A DNA stretch of 63,553 nucleotides, the filler included. It is 11 parts of 11 records of this genome, joined end to end, with 100 filler letters (N's around TTAATTAATTAA, not from the genome) between each part and the next. Parts side by side here need not be neighbours in the genome. Positions count along the whole stretch, not along the records: positions 59,107 to 63,553 come from SRR7504441_21191; 10 more parts are not named here. One strand, written 5' to 3'. Under the pieces are notes generated by a model, which saw nothing but the letters and a program-made list of their open reading frames with translations, ran no database searches and was not told the origin of the DNA. Shown here in pieces: positions 61,174-63,553 of this stretch. Position numbers and translations under genes: made by a program. Numbering within the stretch: the stretch's first letter is position 1; the number at the start of each line of letters is the position of its first letter.

Positions 61174-61620
61174 CTTGCTGCACCCTGGTGCAGGTGCTTC
61201 GTGGACCAAGCCAAGACCTGATGAGATCGTGCACGAGAAGAGAGTTGCGATCGAGGCTCAATGTCGAGGCTCAGCGGCGCGGCGGCGCTGCTTCTACGGT
61301 GGGTACTTGGGTACTCGTAGGAGTCCCAGCTGAGTCCTAGCTAGCCCGGGGCAGCACCTACAAAGTGGTTTCAGTAGAGTAATTCATAATTAAACGATTT
61401 ACAACTCTCGTAGTCCTACGGTCCTGGCATGCCCGGCTTACAAGATCAGATGCCAGATGTCGTGTGTGTATTGAGTGTAGCGCTCATGCATGTACATGTA
61501 CTCTCCGTGGATCACTAAACGTGAGGACCTTACTCGAGATTTGCGCACATGGCTCATCTTCAGAACCGGGATGTGTGCCGGTCTGCAGCTAAACGGTTTA
61601 AATCTCTCTCTCTGTACTGG

Positions 61621-63336
61621 TCAGCAGCTCCAAGCTGCGGCGGCGCCCGGCGCCGATTCTCGATCTCGTCCAGGCACGTACCCATCCTGCCCCCCAGGCT
61701 GGCCTACACACCGGGCTGCCGCGCACCGCTGCAACGTGGTTTCAAGCACTGCCATCAGCTCTTCCTCTTGCTCGGCCACCGGCCCGCCGCCCGACGGATC
61801 TGGCTCGGCCTCCAGCGCGATGAGCATCTGCATCAGCTCCTGGTTATTGGCGGCGATCTGCTCCAGCTCGGCCGCTGTGTTGTGCAGCGTCGGCAGCTCA
61901 GCACCCGGCCAGGTCCCTCGCACCGGTTCCGGCTGCGAGGGCGGGCGCGACGTCTGGCTGATCGGTGCCACCAGCGGCTTAGTCCGGCCCATGGCTCGCT
62001 TCAGGTCTGTAAACTCGATCCGGCCAGCCTTGCGCTTATCGAGCCTCGACCAGACTGCTCCGAATTGTTGATCCGACAGCTGCAATCCGAGCCTTTCGAG
62101 AAGCTCAGCCAGCTGCGGCCGGCCGACCACCCCAGACGACCGCCTGTCCATCCGCCGGAACAGCGCGGCCGCGGATTCGCCGGAGCTGCTCAGTGCTTCA
62201 GAGAAGAGCTTCCAGGCCCTAGCTTTCGGGCCGCTCGTGGGAGCTAAGCTGACGTGGCTGCCCTGCTTGCACGAAGGGCACGCCCCGCAGCCCTCCGGAT
62301 GGCCGGCCGCGCCGACTATCGGCCAGCCCGGCACCACCCCTGCGCCTGGGTCCGAGCTATCGTCTGTCAGCCCATCCCTCGCCGCTACAGCTAGCGCCTT
62401 AAACCCGGGGTTACCCTGCAGCCCGAGCCAACCCAGCGTGCTGTTGGCGCCGCGCATCTCGCGCAGTTTGACTAGACCGTCTTTCCCCATCTGGTTGTGG
62501 CTCGCGTCTAGTCTCCGGATCGCGCTGTCCATGCGAAGCCCGCGAGCGAGCGCATCGGCTGCCAAGTCGCCAAGCTTATTGCTGGGCAGCTCGAGCACAG
62601 TCAAGCAGCCGATCGCGCCGTACTCGTCGCTGGATCTTCCGTTGCACAGCCCGCGGGACCACTGCCACTCGACCTGCCTCAGAGAGTTGCTCTGGAGGAG
62701 CCGAGCTATCGGGCCGGCAGATTCGTCAGTGAGCAAACAGCCGGACACGCGGAGACAGGCGAGCTGTGGCCCTTCGCAGAGCGCCTTGACCAGCGCCGCG
62801 AACGCTGGATCGGTCAGCCCACAGTCGCACAGGGCCAACGCGGTGAGCGTGTGCCGGCAGCTGCGGATCCCAGCCATCAGGCTCCGGAACGGCCGGGCTT
62901 TGGGCAGCTGCAGCCCGGACAGGCGGAGCCAGCGCATCCGCTGGCACTCAGTCATGTTGCTGGCCACGGCCTGGATGAACTTGCTGCAAAGCTCTTTGTC
63001 TGCCACCCCCGGGGCCAACCCGGTGCTCCGCCGCCTTCGGACCGCCCGTGACGGATACCCGCGGCAGCCGCTCTCGGGCTTCTGGCTGACCGTGGCGTTG
63101 AGCCCGGTGAGTCCGGCGGCCTCGGCGATGGTCTGGGCGAGCAGCGGGAGCTGGGTCTCCTCGACGCCGTCCAGGGCAAGATGGAGCTCCTCGTGCCCTC
63201 TGAGCAGCATGCACTCAGACAGGTACCCGGCCATCTGCTTGGCCTTGCGCTTCTGGCACACCAGGCGGAAGCACTCGGCGAACGGCCGCCGCGGCTGGAT
63301 TCCCCCCGCCGCCGGGCTCGGGGCCTTGGGCTCCAT
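61621..63336 (-). CDS. CEP78: CEP78-like LRR centriolar protein with C-terminal EF-hand-like pair
   Basis: RNI-type LRRs with the CEP78-like insert GCLLTDESAGPIARLLQSNSLRQVEWQWSRGL and LGDLAADALARGLRMD...NSTLGWLGLQGNP. EF-like loops DRRSSGVV and DKRKAGRI. Confidence 0.7.
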   Translation of the reverse strand: MEPKAPSPAAGGIQPRRPFAECFRLVCQKRKAKQMAGYLSECMLLRGHEELHLALDGVEETQLPLLAQTIAEAAGLTGLNATVSQKPESGCRGYPSRAVRRRRSTGLAPGVADKELCSKFIQAVASNMTECQRMRWLRLSGLQLPKARPFRSLMAGIRSCRHTLTALALCDCGLTDPAFAALVKALCEGPQLACLRVSGCLLTDESAGPIARLLQSNSLRQVEWQWSRGLCNGRSSDEYGAIGCLTVLELPSNKLGDLAADALARGLRMDSAIRRLDASHNQMGKDGLVKLREMRGANSTLGWLGLQGNPGFKALAVAARDGLTDDSSDPGAGVVPGWPIVGAAGHPEGCGACPSCKQGSHVSLAPTSGPKARAWKLFSEALSSSGESAAALFRRMDRRSSGVVGRPQLAELLERLGLQLSDQQFGAVWSRLDKRKAGRIEFTDLKRAMGRTKPLVAPISQTSRPPSQPEPVRGTWPGAELPTLHNTAAELEQIAANNQELMQMLIALEAEPDPSGGGPVAEQEEELMAVLETTLQRCAAARCVGQPGGQDGYVPGRDRESAPGAAAAWSC

Positions 63337-63553
63337 GGTCGCCGACTCTCGCCCGACTGCAGCGGGGCCACCTGCTTCACACAAACAAAATTGAGGAGAA
63401 TTTCTCCGCGAGCCTGAGCATGAGGGTCAGAGTAAGAGGGAGCCACCGGCAGCCTGTGTAAGGCGTGTGTAAGGTACATGTAGCCCTCTGGGATAGAGCG
63501 CGGGGCGGTGAATACCGGGCTCGAGGTGATCACGAGCGAGGACCGGCGTTTCT

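Overview
This window is eukaryotic, not prokaryotic. It holds 11 short contigs from a compact, GC-rich protist-like genome, joined by artificial 100-bp spacers (44 N + TTAATTAATTAA + 44 N), so adjacency across spacers means nothing. Genes are dense, often head-to-head, and split by tiny spliceosomal introns (mostly ~35-50 nt; GT-AG plus several GC-AG), which explains the fragmented ORF track. Recognisable genes: URB2, Josephin, JmjC-ankyrin, DDX3/Ded1, SmB, Hsp33, a Roco GTPase, a class I/II aminotransferase, a beta-lactamase-family/EF-hand fusion, a cold-shock/RING-Cys-relay E3, a large beta-helix multi-TM receptor-like protein, a 2OG-Fe(II) oxygenase, several WD40 proteins, a Qc-SNARE, kelch and ankyrin proteins, a flavin oxidoreductase and CEP78. 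Three signals are invisible to the ORF track: (1) a deiodinase-family selenoprotein gene with an in-frame UGA and a well-formed 3'UTR SECIS; (2) about 14 unrelated two-copy direct repeats with an 11-bp period in non-coding DNA, often 9 bp + TA + 9 bp; (3) a recurrent AACGG/CCGTT promoter motif. Exon structures and family calls were made by eye from remembered motifs; no searches were run and the organism cannot be identified.
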